Shown here: positions 1 through 11,586 of the stretch, in pieces
Numbering within the stretch: position 1 is the stretch's first letter
How the letters are laid out: each line of letters begins with the position of its first letter
NCBI GenBank assembly: GCA_021296535.1
Contig: JAGWAG010000001.1
Coordinates: forward strand, 94,528 to 158,527
Length of the DNA: 64,000 nt
DNA from: Acidobacteriota bacterium
Lineage (GTDB): Bacteria > Acidobacteriota > Thermoanaerobaculia > Multivoradales > Multivoraceae
Direction of reading: 5' to 3'
Notes under the pieces: model-generated
The model's database searches: none
Seen by the model: only the letters and a program-made list of their open reading frames with translations
Told to the model about the DNA's origin: nothing
Position numbers and translations under genes: made by a program

Positions 1-945
1 ACCCCCCGGCCGGCGCTTCACGGTCTGCTCCTGGTCGACAAGCGACCGGGCGGCACGTCGCACGACGTGGTGCGCGCGGCGCGGCGCGCTCTCGGCGAAC
101 GGAAGATCGGTCACTGCGGCACCCTCGACCCCAACGCGACCGGCCTGTTGCTGCTCACGGTCGGACGCAGCACCCGTCTCACCCGCTTCCTGATCGGCGC
201 ACCGAAGGTCTATGAAGGCGAGATCCGGTTCGGCATCGCCACGGACACCTACGACGCCGCCGGCGAAGTGACCCGGGAGGGCAGCGTCGCCGATCTGACC
301 CATGAGCGGGTCGTCCAGGCAATGTGCGGCTTCGAGGGGCAGCAGCACCAGTTGCCGCCGCCCTATTCGGCCAAGAAGATCGGCGGCCGCAAGTACTACG
401 AGCTCGCGCGCCGCGGGGAGGAGTTCGAGCGCCAGGGCAAGGACGTGGAGATCTTCCAGTTCGAGGCGACAGGCCCCCTGGGAGCATCGGGACCTGACCG
501 GATCTCCTTCCGGCTCAGTTGTTCGACGGGGGCCTACGCACGCTCCCTCGCCCACGATCTGGGTGAGCACCTCGGCTGCGGCGGACACCTGGCCGCGCTT
601 CGCCGACTACGCATCGGCTCCTTCCAGGTCGCGGACGCCCTCGACTCGCAACGGCTCGAGGCGAGCGAACGTGACGCCGAACCGCTCGCAGCCGACGACC
701 TGGGAGTGTCCTGGGTGCCCTTCGACGACATCCCCCTTCCCTTTCCCCGGGTCGCGATGGACGCGACACAGGAACGCCGCATAGCTCACGGCCAGTCCGT
801 GCTGGCGCCCGGAAGCGAAGCCGAAGAGGGAGACTGGGTACAGATCACGGACAACCGCGGCCGGTTCCTCGCCGTCGGCGCGGTCGCGGAGCGGATCGGA
901 GACCGCGGTCTCGCCGTCGTCCATCCGAAGATCGTCTTCCAGTGA
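1..945 (+). CDS. truB: tRNA pseudouridine(55) synthase TruB (5' end lies upstream of window; reading frame continues from nt 1)
   Basis: GHCGTLDPNATGLLLL TruB catalytic motif; frame open from position 1 (..LLVDKRPGGTSHDVV..); ORF 67..945 in track. Confidence 0.9.
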   Translation, partial: TPRPALHGLLLVDKRPGGTSHDVVRAARRALGERKIGHCGTLDPNATGLLLLTVGRSTRLTRFLIGAPKVYEGEIRFGIATDTYDAAGEVTREGSVADLTHERVVQAMCGFEGQQHQLPPPYSAKKIGGRKYYELARRGEEFERQGKDVEIFQFEATGPLGASGPDRISFRLSCSTGAYARSLAHDLGEHLGCGGHLAALRRLRIGSFQVADALDSQRLEASERDAEPLAADDLGVSWVPFDDIPLPFPRVAMDATQERRIAHGQSVLAPGSEAEEGDWVQITDNRGRFLAVGAVAERIGDRGLAVVHPKIVFQ

Positions 946-1131
946 GCGCCGGTCGGCTCCAAGGTCCTCACAGGGAGTAACTTCTGAGAGGTGCGCCCGT
1001 CAGCCTGACCGTGCTACACTGCGCGCCGCGAAAGGACAGAGGAACAGACGAAGGAGCCTCAAGAAGGCAACACGAAGGCAACTAGAGAACCAACCAGAAC
1101 GGAACAAGCAGAGTCAGCGAGGAATCAGAGA

Positions 1132-1401
1132 GTGCCACAGACAACCGAAGTGAAAGACCAGATCATCCGTGACTTCCGTGTCCACGAGACGGACACGGGA
1201 TCCCCCGAGGTCCAGGTCGCGCTCCTGACGAACCGCATCAACGAACTCACCGAGCACTTCAAGGTCCACAAGCACGACCATCATGGCCGTCGCGGCCTGT
1301 TGAAGCTGGTCGGGCGCCGGCGTCGGCTGCTCGGCTACCTCCGCAGCGAGAGCTTCGAGCGCTACCGGACGACGATCGAGCGCCTCGGAATTCGCAGGTA
1401 G
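1132..1401 (+). CDS. rpsO: 30S ribosomal protein S15
   Basis: 89 aa, ..[30 protein letters not shown].. typical S15; truB-rpsO-pnp synteny. Confidence 0.95.
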   Translation: MPQTTEVKDQIIRDFRVHETDTGSPEVQVALLTNRINELTEHFKVHKHDHHGRRGLLKLVGRRRRLLGYLRSESFERYRTTIERLGIRR

Positions 1402-1700
1402 CGAATCTCCGCAGGTAGACCTCAGAGCCCGGAGCCGCCGAGCGGCTCCGCCTCTCTGGAACCGACCGATTCGACAGCCAGGTGAGTTCGGATCCGACGA
1501 CGGATCCAACTGACGAGACTGGGTGCGCCGGCCTTCTGGCCGGCTGCCGCCGAAGGCGGCCAGAAACCCCCGGAACCTCGGACTTGGCCGACTCCTTCCC
1601 TTCGGGTCACTTCCCACAGATCATTCGCCGATGAAGGCACATGCCCCGCCACTCAAGTCGCCGGGCGCAAACAACAGAGTAAGGAAGACAAGAGAACGCA
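1402..1700 (+). promoter_or_regulatory. rpsO terminator / pnp 5' leader with several GC-rich stem-loops (ggagccg-ccgag-cggctcc; ggatcc-gacgac-ggatcc; ccggcc-ttct-ggccgg)
   Basis: inverted repeats read directly in the 300-nt gap between rpsO and pnp; pnp leaders in other bacteria are RNase III-processed autoregulatory hairpins. Confidence 0.4.
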
Positions 1701-4004
<2,304 letters not shown>

Positions 4005-4017
4005 CCAGGAGGCGGGG

Positions 4018-5289
4018 CTAGCCAGAGCGGTCGGCCGGCCGACCCGGCGCCGCGCGGAGGGCAGCGCGATAGATCGTCCGGAAGGGGACCCCCCTCTCCC
4101 GGGCGATCCGTCGCACGTCCTCGTACTCCGGCGCCGCACCCAGGGCCCGGCCACCGATGGCGGCCGTCTTGACCCTGACCTCGCCAAAGGGCGTCGTCAC
4201 CGGCACAACCGAGCGCTCGGCCTCCAGTCGGTCCACGACCATCCGCCGGCACCCCAGGGAACCCGTCTCGAGGAGCAGCCGCTCGGCGAGTTCGGATGCC
4301 TGCTCCGGGCGGCAGATGACCGTGACGGCAACACCCGGACGCGACTTCTTCATCTGCACCGGGGTGGCGAACACATCGAGCGCACCGGCCTGAAGCAGCG
4401 CCTCGGCGCCGTAGCCGATCGCCTCGCCGGTCGTATCGTCGACCTGGCATTCGAGAACCGCGACACGGTTCCACGGCGAACCTGCCGTCGCCGGCCTCGC
4501 CAGTTGAACCCGCAGGGCGTTCGGCCGATCCGCGAGTTCCCTGCTGCCCAACCCGACACCGACCTGCTCGATCCGCCGGGGGCTGTCGGCCGCCGAGGGC
4601 TCGAAGGAGTCGACGAACTCCCGCACGATCACGGCGCCGGTCGGCGTCGTCATCTCACCCTCCACGCCGCCGGTGCTGATCGGCACCCCCTGGAGCAGAA
4701 CGGCCGTGGCCGGTGCCGGCACCGGCATCACGCCGTGCCGCGTCCGCACCGTGCCACCGCCGGCGACCACGGTGGAGCAGGAGATGCGGGCCGGAGCGAA
4801 GTGCTCGACGGCGAGCGCGGCGCCGACCAGATCGACGATCGAATCGTCGGCGCCGACTTCATGAAAGTGCACCTCGTCCGGACCGACGCCGTGGACACTC
4901 GCTTCGGCCTCTCCCAAACGGCAAAAGAGCGCAGCCGCCCGTTCCCTGGTGCCGGCGTCGAGGCCGCTCCGCTCGATCATGCGCAGGATCGTGGACAGGT
5001 TCCGATGGCAGGCGCCCTCGCCGCCGCCGCCCTCGACCGGCCTGCCGCCGCGCAGCACGCTGAAACGCACGCCCGCCAGTGCGCCGCGCTTCGCGCGCCG
5101 CACCTGTAGCTCAACGCCGTCAAGGCCCAGGCGCTCGACCATCTCCTCCAGCAGCGCAACGGGCAACCCGAGGTCCAGGCTGGCGCCCAGGAACATGTCG
5201 CCCGAGATGCCGCTCGCACAGTCCATGTGGAGCAGTACGGGGCCTCCGGCAGCCATCGGGCGGACCATAGCAGCCCACCACCCAGCCAC
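4018..5289 (-). CDS. larC: LarC-family nickel insertion protein (pyridinium-3,5-bisthiocarboxylate mononucleotide nickel chelatase; DUF111)
   Basis: N-terminal ..LLHMDCASGISGDMFLGASLDLG.. LarC signature; GTG start at 5289 (ATG alternatives 5256). Confidence 0.75.
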   Translation of the reverse strand: MAGWWAAMVRPMAAGGPVLLHMDCASGISGDMFLGASLDLGLPVALLEEMVERLGLDGVELQVRRAKRGALAGVRFSVLRGGRPVEGGGGEGACHRNLSTILRMIERSGLDAGTRERAAALFCRLGEAEASVHGVGPDEVHFHEVGADDSIVDLVGAALAVEHFAPARISCSTVVAGGGTVRTRHGVMPVPAPATAVLLQGVPISTGGVEGEMTTPTGAVIVREFVDSFEPSAADSPRRIEQVGVGLGSRELADRPNALRVQLARPATAGSPWNRVAVLECQVDDTTGEAIGYGAEALLQAGALDVFATPVQMKKSRPGVAVTVICRPEQASELAERLLLETGSLGCRRMVVDRLEAERSVVPVTTPFGEVRVKTAAIGGRALGAAPEYEDVRRIARERGVPFRTIYRAALRAAPGRPADRSG

Positions 5290-5300
5290 GCGGAGCCAAG

Positions 5301-6023
5301 CTAGATAAATCCCCGTTCACGCATCGACACCCAGCGGCCGCCGCCGCCCAGGACGAGGTGGTCAACGAGTTCGATTCCGACCGCGGCGCCGGCCCGCGCC
5401 AGCCTGCGAGTGAAGGCCAGGTCCTCCCGGCTTGGATCCGGATCGCCACTGGGATGGTTATGGAACACGACCGCGGCCATCGCCCCCAACCGCAGCGCCT
5501 CCTTGAGGACCACCCGCGGCTCGACCGAAGCACGATCCAGAGAGCCGACGAAGTGCTCCCGCTCGCTGATCACGCGGCCCCGCACATCGACGTAGATTGC
5601 GCCCATCACCTCCTGGTCGCGGCGCGCGTAGCGCAGATTCAGGTAGCGGGCGACCCCGACCATGTCGCCCAGGGGCCTTCTCTCGGGGAGCTGGGCCCGA
5701 GCCAGGCGCCGGGACAGTTCCACCGCAGCCAGGATCGTCGCCGCCTTGGCATCTCCCAGGCCCTTGCGGTGCAACGACGGCAGGTCGTGCTCAACCAGTA
5801 GCGCGAGCGCCGGCAGGCCGCCGAGCCCGCGCCCTTCGTCGTAGAGCAGGTCGTATGCGAGATCGAGCACTGAGCAACCCCGATGCCCGGTGCGCAGCAG
5901 AATGGCGATCAGTTCGCAGTCCGTCAAAACACCCGCTCCGTGCGCCAGCAATCGCTCGCGGGGACGTTGCCCCGAAGGCATCTCTCTCAACGTGCTGCGG
6001 TTCATCCCGTCCTGCCCGGTCAT
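5301..6023 (-). CDS. radC: RadC/UPF0758 family JAB-domain protein
   Basis: ..VVFHNHPSGDPDPSREDLAFTRRL.. JAMM motif; true start at MTGQDGMNRSTL (6023), upstream 120 aa of ORF 5301..6389 is Arg-rich off-frame junk. Confidence 0.8.
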   Translation of the reverse strand: MTGQDGMNRSTLREMPSGQRPRERLLAHGAGVLTDCELIAILLRTGHRGCSVLDLAYDLLYDEGRGLGGLPALALLVEHDLPSLHRKGLGDAKAATILAAVELSRRLARAQLPERRPLGDMVGVARYLNLRYARRDQEVMGAIYVDVRGRVISEREHFVGSLDRASVEPRVVLKEALRLGAMAAVVFHNHPSGDPDPSREDLAFTRRLARAGAAVGIELVDHLVLGGGGRWVSMRERGFI

Positions 6024-6079
6024 CGGCGCCCCCTGTTGACCAAGACGCTTTTCGCCCCGCACTGCTACCGTCTGCCGCC

Positions 6080-7024
6080 ATGCGCGGCTCAGAACTACCG
6101 CCGTTCCTCGAGTTCGAGGCGCCCGCCGGCGAGCCCGCGGTCGCCGTGCTGCCGGTTCCCTACGAACGCACGACATCGTGGGGACGGGGCGCCGAGGATG
6201 GGCCGGCGGCCCTGCTCCGTGCCTCCCACTACGTGGAGCTCTACGACGAGGAACTCCGACTCGAACCGTTTCGCATCGGCATCGAGACCCTGCCGCCAGT
6301 CGACGTCGAGGCCGCGGAGGACGTGGCGCTGGACCGAATCCGCACCGCCGCCCGGGTGGCGATCGAACGCGGTCGCTTCCTGGCCGCAATCGGCGGCGAA
6401 CACACGGTCACGCCGGCTCTGGTGCGCGGTGTGGTCGACGCGGCTGGCTCCGACCTCGGCCCCGATCTGGGCGTCGTGCAATTCGACGCGCACACCGACC
6501 TCAGACCGACCTACGCGGGAACCCGCTGGAACCATGCCTGCGCGATGAGCCGCGTGCTCGAACTCGGCGTGTCCACCCTGGCCATCGGCATCCGGTCACT
6601 GAGCCGGCCGGAGGCCGTGCGCATCGAAACGGAGCGCCTGCCCGTCATCTGGGCCAGCCAATTGGAGCACTTGACCGACGACGAACTCCAGGACCTGTTT
6701 CTGGGGCTCCTCGCGTCGCTTCCCGACACGATCTACCTGACTTTCGACCTCGACTTCTTCGACCCATCCCTGCTGCCGGCTACGGGGACGCCCGAGCCCG
6801 GCGGTGGCACCTGGCACCAGGCTCTCGCGCTGCTCCGGCTGCTGTTCGAGCACAAGCAGGTCATCGCGATGGACGTGGTCGAACTGGCTCCGATCCCCGG
6901 CAACCCGGCCAGCGACTACACGGCAGCCAGGCTGCTTTACAAGTGCATCGGCTACCGCTACGCGCGTGAGCTGGGCGGCCTTGCCGACGATGGCTACAGA
7001 CCGATCAGGCCTCCCGCGACGTAG
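6080..7024 (+). CDS. speB: agmatinase / ureohydrolase (arginase family)
   Basis: ..GGEHTVTPALVRG..VVQFDAHTDL..LTFDLDFFDPS.. Mn-binding motifs; start MRGSELPP at 6080 (N-terminal part of ORF 5597..7024 overlaps radC antisense and is junk). Confidence 0.8.
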   Translation: MRGSELPPFLEFEAPAGEPAVAVLPVPYERTTSWGRGAEDGPAALLRASHYVELYDEELRLEPFRIGIETLPPVDVEAAEDVALDRIRTAARVAIERGRFLAAIGGEHTVTPALVRGVVDAAGSDLGPDLGVVQFDAHTDLRPTYAGTRWNHACAMSRVLELGVSTLAIGIRSLSRPEAVRIETERLPVIWASQLEHLTDDELQDLFLGLLASLPDTIYLTFDLDFFDPSLLPATGTPEPGGGTWHQALALLRLLFEHKQVIAMDVVELAPIPGNPASDYTAARLLYKCIGYRYARELGGLADDGYRPIRPPAT

Positions 7025-8520
7025 ACCCAGAACACGACCAGAACCAGTCCGATCACGTTCAGCCACAGTCCGGCCCGCACCATCTGGGGAATCGTGATTT
7101 CCCCGGAACCGAAGACGATCGCGTTCGGCGGCGTCGCGACCGGCATCATGAAGGCGCAGCTCGCCGCCAGCGTGGCGGGCACGATCAGGAGCAGCGGGTC
7201 GACGTTGATCGCCGCCGCAGTGGCGCCCAGGATCGGCAGGAAGGTCGCGGTCGTCGCCGTATTGCTGGTGACCTCCGTCAGCATGATCAGCAGAGCGGCG
7301 GCGCCGATGACGAGAACGAGCACCGGCATGCCCTCGAGCACGAGCAGGAGGCTGCCGATGAAACGGTCGACGCCGGTACTGACCACCGCGGCCGCGAGGC
7401 TGAGCCCGCCCCCGAACAGGAGCAGGATTCCCCACGGCGCCTCGAGCGCCTTCTTCCAGCTCAGCAGGAACACGCCGCGCCGGAAGTGGACCGGAACCGT
7501 GAACAGCAACAGGCCGGCGCCGATCGCAATGCCCGGGTCCGTCAGTCCCGCCAGCGGCGCTGCCCCGCCGATCTCGATCCCTGCAAGCCAGGTTCGGGAG
7601 GTCCACAGCGCGGCGGCCGAGACGAAGATCGCCAGCACCGCCTTCTCAGGGGCTGTCATCGGCCCCAGCTTCCGTAGCTCGCCGCGGATGAGTTCCGCGC
7701 CGCCGGGCACCTCGGTGATCTGCAGGCGGTAGACGAACCGGGTGAGCACCAGCCAGGCCAGCGGCAGGAAGGACACGGTGAGCAGGAGACCGAACGGCAT
7801 CCACTGCGCGAACGTGATCTCCCGACCGTAGGTGTCCTCGACGAACGACATCATCTGAATATTGGGAGGGGTGCCGATCTTCGTCGCTACACCTCCGATC
7901 GAGGCGCCATAGGCCGTCCCGAGCAGCAGATTCAGGGCGAAGGGAAACGGCTTCCCGACCGGAGCCACCTCCGGACCCAGCCGCTGGCGCACGAGATCGA
8001 TCACCGACAGGGCGATCGGCAGCATCATGACCGTCGTCGCGGTGTTCGAAATCCACATGCTGAGGAAGGCGCTCGCCACCATGAAGCCGAGCACCAGGCG
8101 GTCCGGCCGGCTGCCGACCAAGAGGATGATGTGGAGCGCCATCCGACGGTGCAGGCCCCAGGTCTGCATCGAGAGGGCGATCATGAATCCGCCCAGGAAG
8201 AGGAAGATGTTCGGATTCGCATAGGGTGCCGCAACCTGGGAAATCGCGATCTCGCCACCGGTCAGAAGCGGAATCGCGACCAGCGGCAGCAACGAGGTGA
8301 CGGCCACGGGCAGTGCCTCGGTCAGCCACAACACGCCCATTAGAACCCCGGTCGCCGCTACCGCGCGACCGGCGCCGGAAAGCCCGGAGACGACCTGGCC
8401 GTCGGCATCTGTGACCGCCTCGGGAATCAGGAACCAGGCGAGCGCCGCCAGAATCGGCGCGGCGATCAGGCCGGTCGCAACGGACGCCCAGGGGCCCCGG
8501 TCGCGGCTGTGCTCAGCCAT
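6994..8520 (-). CDS. DASS/SLC13-family anion (sulfate/di-tricarboxylate):Na+ symporter
   Basis: 508 aa polytopic membrane protein, ..FLSMWISNTATTVMMLPIAL.. and ..TSNTATTATFLPI.. repeated SNT motifs. Confidence 0.75.
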   Translation of the reverse strand: MAEHSRDRGPWASVATGLIAAPILAALAWFLIPEAVTDADGQVVSGLSGAGRAVAATGVLMGVLWLTEALPVAVTSLLPLVAIPLLTGGEIAISQVAAPYANPNIFLFLGGFMIALSMQTWGLHRRMALHIILLVGSRPDRLVLGFMVASAFLSMWISNTATTVMMLPIALSVIDLVRQRLGPEVAPVGKPFPFALNLLLGTAYGASIGGVATKIGTPPNIQMMSFVEDTYGREITFAQWMPFGLLLTVSFLPLAWLVLTRFVYRLQITEVPGGAELIRGELRKLGPMTAPEKAVLAIFVSAAALWTSRTWLAGIEIGGAAPLAGLTDPGIAIGAGLLLFTVPVHFRRGVFLLSWKKALEAPWGILLLFGGGLSLAAAVVSTGVDRFIGSLLLVLEGMPVLVLVIGAAALLIMLTEVTSNTATTATFLPILGATAAAINVDPLLLIVPATLAASCAFMMPVATPPNAIVFGSGEITIPQMVRAGLWLNVIGLVLVVFWVYVAGGLIGL

Positions 8521-10234
8521 TCCCTTCGCCGCCGCCCTTGCCGAGCTGGCGGCGGAAGTAGGACCTCGTCATGGCGGCGACCGCTCCCGAGAGCAACAGC
8601 AGGGAAATCAGGTTCGGGAAGGACATCAACCCCAGCGCCACGTCACCGAAAGTCCAGACGGTCGAGAGCGGCAGCAGGCAGCCCAGGAAGAAGAAGCCGA
8701 CGTAGATCCAGCGATAGACGGGAATCGCCCTCGCGCCAAACAGGTACTCGGTCGACCGGTCTCCGTAGTACGACCACGAAATCGCCGTGGAAACAGCGAA
8801 CAGCAGCACGGAGAGCGTGACGATCAGGTCGCCCCGGCTGCCGGGCAGACCGAGGCTGAAAGCGCGCGCCGTCAGCGGGGCTCCGGTCAGAAGCGCTCCG
8901 CCCTCGATCCGCGGCGCGTCGCCCGCCGCGGTCAGTGACCCGTCGCCGGCGATCTCCAATCTGCCGCTCCAGGGAGCGCCCGTGCCGTCCACCAGCCGCG
9001 GCTCGGCGATCATCGAGTGAAGCACGACGAAGGAGCCGCCTGCCACCCCCCCCTCGACGTCAACCGCACCCCCGCCGCGCGTGGACCGCTCGTCGCGTGC
9101 TGCGAGCAACTCGGAGTCCTCCCCGAGAACGCGGTGGATGCCCTCGACCTCGTCGAGCCCGAAGCTCTGCGGCGTGTGGTCGCGCCAGGCGTCCGTCGTG
9201 ACGATGACGAGACCCGTCATCGTGCAGATGACCAGCGTGTCGATGAACGGCTCGAGCGAAGCGACCAGCCCCTCGCGCACCGGCTCGTCGGTGCGGGCCG
9301 CCGCGTGAGCGATGGGCGCGCTGCCCTGCCCCGCCTCGTTGCTGAACAGACCCCGGCGAATGCCCCACATCATGGTCATCAGGAAGGAACCGGCCGCGCC
9401 CCCGACCATCGAGGTGGGCCGGAACGCCTGCTCGACGATCAGGGCCAGGCTCCCGGGAACGCTCTCGATGTTCATCAGCAGGATGATCAGGGCGCCGCCG
9501 ACGTAGATCACCGCCATGCCCGGCGCCAGGATCGAGGTCACCCTGCCGATGCGGCGAATGCCGCCGATGATGACCAGCGCCACCAGGGAAGCGAAGACGA
9601 GCCCGCTCCACACCGGCGCCAGGCCGAACTGGGACTCGAGTTGATCGGCCATCGTGTTCGCCTGGTTCATGTTGCCGGTGCCGAAGGAGCACATGACCGC
9701 CAGGCCGGCGAACAGCATCGCCATCCACTTCCAGTTCTCGCCGAGCCCCTTCTCGATGTAGTACATCGGACCGCCGGAGACGGAACCGTCCTTGTGCACT
9801 CGGCGATAGGCGACCGCCAGCGTGCACTCGGCGAACTTGAGCGCCATGCCGAAGAAAGCGGTTACCCACATCCAGAACAACGCTCCCGGGCCGCCCATGC
9901 GGATCGCGATCGCAACGCCGGCGATGTTCCCGATACCGACGGTCGCCGAAAGCGCGGTCGTCAGCGCCTGGAAGTGAACGAGGTCGCCGTCGTCGTCCGG
10001 ATCGTCGTACTTGCCGCCCAGGATCGCCCAGGCATGCCGGAAGCCACGCAACTGGATCAGCCCCAGGCGCACGGTGACGAACAGCCCCGTTCCCAGGAGC
10101 ACCAGCGCCAGGATCGGTGCCTGGGGCGGCGTGTTCCAAACCACCCCCTCGAGCCAGCCGGCTACCGGCCCGAGCAACCCGTTGATCCCATCCGCTACCT
10201 TCCCGAACAGTTCCTCGGGCATCGCGCCTTGCAT
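8513..10234 (-). CDS. alanine/glycine:cation symporter (AGCS family) with ~100-aa loop insertion
   Basis: ..FQALTTALSATVGIGNIAGVAIAIRMGGPGALFWMWVTAFFGMALKFAECTLAV.. AGCS signature; 573 aa (longer than usual). Confidence 0.8.
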   Translation of the reverse strand: MQGAMPEELFGKVADGINGLLGPVAGWLEGVVWNTPPQAPILALVLLGTGLFVTVRLGLIQLRGFRHAWAILGGKYDDPDDDGDLVHFQALTTALSATVGIGNIAGVAIAIRMGGPGALFWMWVTAFFGMALKFAECTLAVAYRRVHKDGSVSGGPMYYIEKGLGENWKWMAMLFAGLAVMCSFGTGNMNQANTMADQLESQFGLAPVWSGLVFASLVALVIIGGIRRIGRVTSILAPGMAVIYVGGALIILLMNIESVPGSLALIVEQAFRPTSMVGGAAGSFLMTMMWGIRRGLFSNEAGQGSAPIAHAAARTDEPVREGLVASLEPFIDTLVICTMTGLVIVTTDAWRDHTPQSFGLDEVEGIHRVLGEDSELLAARDERSTRGGGAVDVEGGVAGGSFVVLHSMIAEPRLVDGTGAPWSGRLEIAGDGSLTAAGDAPRIEGGALLTGAPLTARAFSLGLPGSRGDLIVTLSVLLFAVSTAISWSYYGDRSTEYLFGARAIPVYRWIYVGFFFLGCLLPLSTVWTFGDVALGLMSFPNLISLLLLSGAVAAMTRSYFRRQLGKGGGEGNG

Positions 10235-10285
10235 AAAACCCTGCTTCCTGTGCGTCAGCGCGGCGCGGACGCCGCGACTCGACTC

Positions 10286-11440
10286 CTAGAGATAGTTGGC
10301 CGGATGGCCGGTAGCGAACACCAGCACGGACTGGCCGGGACGGATCGTACCGGAGTCGCTCAGATGGAAGAGCGCCGCCATCGCCGCCGCGGTCTCCGGA
10401 CCGACCAGGAGCCCCTCCGCCGCCGCCACCCGCGCCGCAGTAGCAGCGACCTCGGCCTCCTCCACCGCCACCGCGGCGCCGCCGCTGTCCCGCAGCGCCC
10501 GCAGGATGAGGAAGTCGCCGATCGCCGCGGGCACCCGCAGCCCCCAGACTTCCGTGTCCGGTTCCTGCCAGGGCGCGGCGTGGTCGCTGCCTGCCTCGTG
10601 GGCGCGCACGATCGGCGCGCACCCGGCCATCTGGACGACGGCGAACCTGGCCGGCGGACCGCTCAGAATGCCCAGCCGGCGCAGCTCGGCGAAGGCCTTC
10701 GCCATGCCGACGATGCCGGTCCCGCCGCCAGTGGGATAGATGATCCAGTCCGGCAGCCGCCAGCCGAACTGCTCCGCGACCTCGAAGCCCATCGTCTTCT
10801 TTCCTTCCGCACGGTACGGCTCACGCAGGGTCGAGAGATCCCACAAGTCGCCGCCCCGCTCCCTGAGCGCAGCGCCGGCGTCGACCAGTGTCCCGCCGGC
10901 CTCGATGACCTCGGCCCCGAAGGCGCGGCAACGCTCGCGCACCGTCGCCGGCGTGTCCTCGGGCAGGGCCACACGGCAGGGCAGCCCCGCGGCGGCGGCG
11001 TAGGCAGCCGCTGCGACGCCCGCGTTGCCGGCACTCGGAAGCTGCACTCCAGGGGCGCCGAGTTCCCGCGCCCGGTTCACCGCCAGCGACAGCCCCCGAT
11101 CCTTGAAGGAACCGGTCGGATTACCCGCTTCGTTCTTCAGAAAGACCCGCACCTTGTCAGGCGCCAGTCGACGAAGCTGAACCACCGGCGTGCCCCCCTC
11201 GCCGAGATCGACCCGGTCGTGGAAAGAGGCAACCGGCAACAGCTCGCGGTAGCGCCACAAGGTCCACGGTCGCCTGGGAAGAGCCCCGGCGAAGGCGCTC
11301 CCCCGCTTCTGGTCGAGGTCGTAGTCGACCAACCAGGGCTTGCCCGCGGGCGACAGAAAGGCCGGTTCGTCAAGTGGCGCCCGCACCCCGGTCGCGGAGC
11401 AGACGAGGCCCCTCGCCCACGTATTCCCGTTCGCCTGCAT
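10286..11440 (-). CDS. thrC: threonine synthase (short form, PLP fold type II)
   Basis: ..FLKNEAGNPTGSFKDRGLSLAV.. PLP-lysine motif, 384 aa. Confidence 0.8.
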   Translation of the reverse strand: MQANGNTWARGLVCSATGVRAPLDEPAFLSPAGKPWLVDYDLDQKRGSAFAGALPRRPWTLWRYRELLPVASFHDRVDLGEGGTPVVQLRRLAPDKVRVFLKNEAGNPTGSFKDRGLSLAVNRARELGAPGVQLPSAGNAGVAAAAYAAAAGLPCRVALPEDTPATVRERCRAFGAEVIEAGGTLVDAGAALRERGGDLWDLSTLREPYRAEGKKTMGFEVAEQFGWRLPDWIIYPTGGGTGIVGMAKAFAELRRLGILSGPPARFAVVQMAGCAPIVRAHEAGSDHAAPWQEPDTEVWGLRVPAAIGDFLILRALRDSGGAAVAVEEAEVAATAARVAAAEGLLVGPETAAAMAALFHLSDSGTIRPGQSVLVFATGHPANYL

Positions 11441-11586
11441 TTCAACCGATCTCGGCGTCAGAGGCTAGCACCAGTTCCCGAAGGCTACCCCCTCAACAAG
11501 GACACAACACACTGAAAAACAACAACTTAGGCCCAAAACGTGCTATGATCGGCTTCTACCAGCGATCAACTTCTTCGCATTAGTCC

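Noticed and set aside
5597-6079. Upstream 161 codons of ORF 5597..7024 suggesting a 475-aa agmatinase
   Set aside because: This part is antisense to radC and Arg/Pro-rich. The agmatinase homology starts at MRGSELPP (6080).
5301-6389. N-terminal Arg-rich 90-120-aa extensions on many ORFs (radC, yicC 20277..21437, folA 27212..27937, thyA 27756..28718, queG 26118..27539, GT4 29520..31004, udg 17438..18478, vapB 58235..59149)
   Set aside because: Conserved protein N-termini begin at internal Met or GTG. The upstream parts are off-frame read-through of neighbouring genes, so genes were trimmed to internal starts.
11441-11586. Possible riboswitch or T-box in the 146-nt AT-richer leader upstream of thrC, and a -10-like TATGAT
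   Set aside because: No match to glycine, SAM, lysine or T-box consensus elements that I can recognise by eye. Left as an ordinary divergent promoter region.
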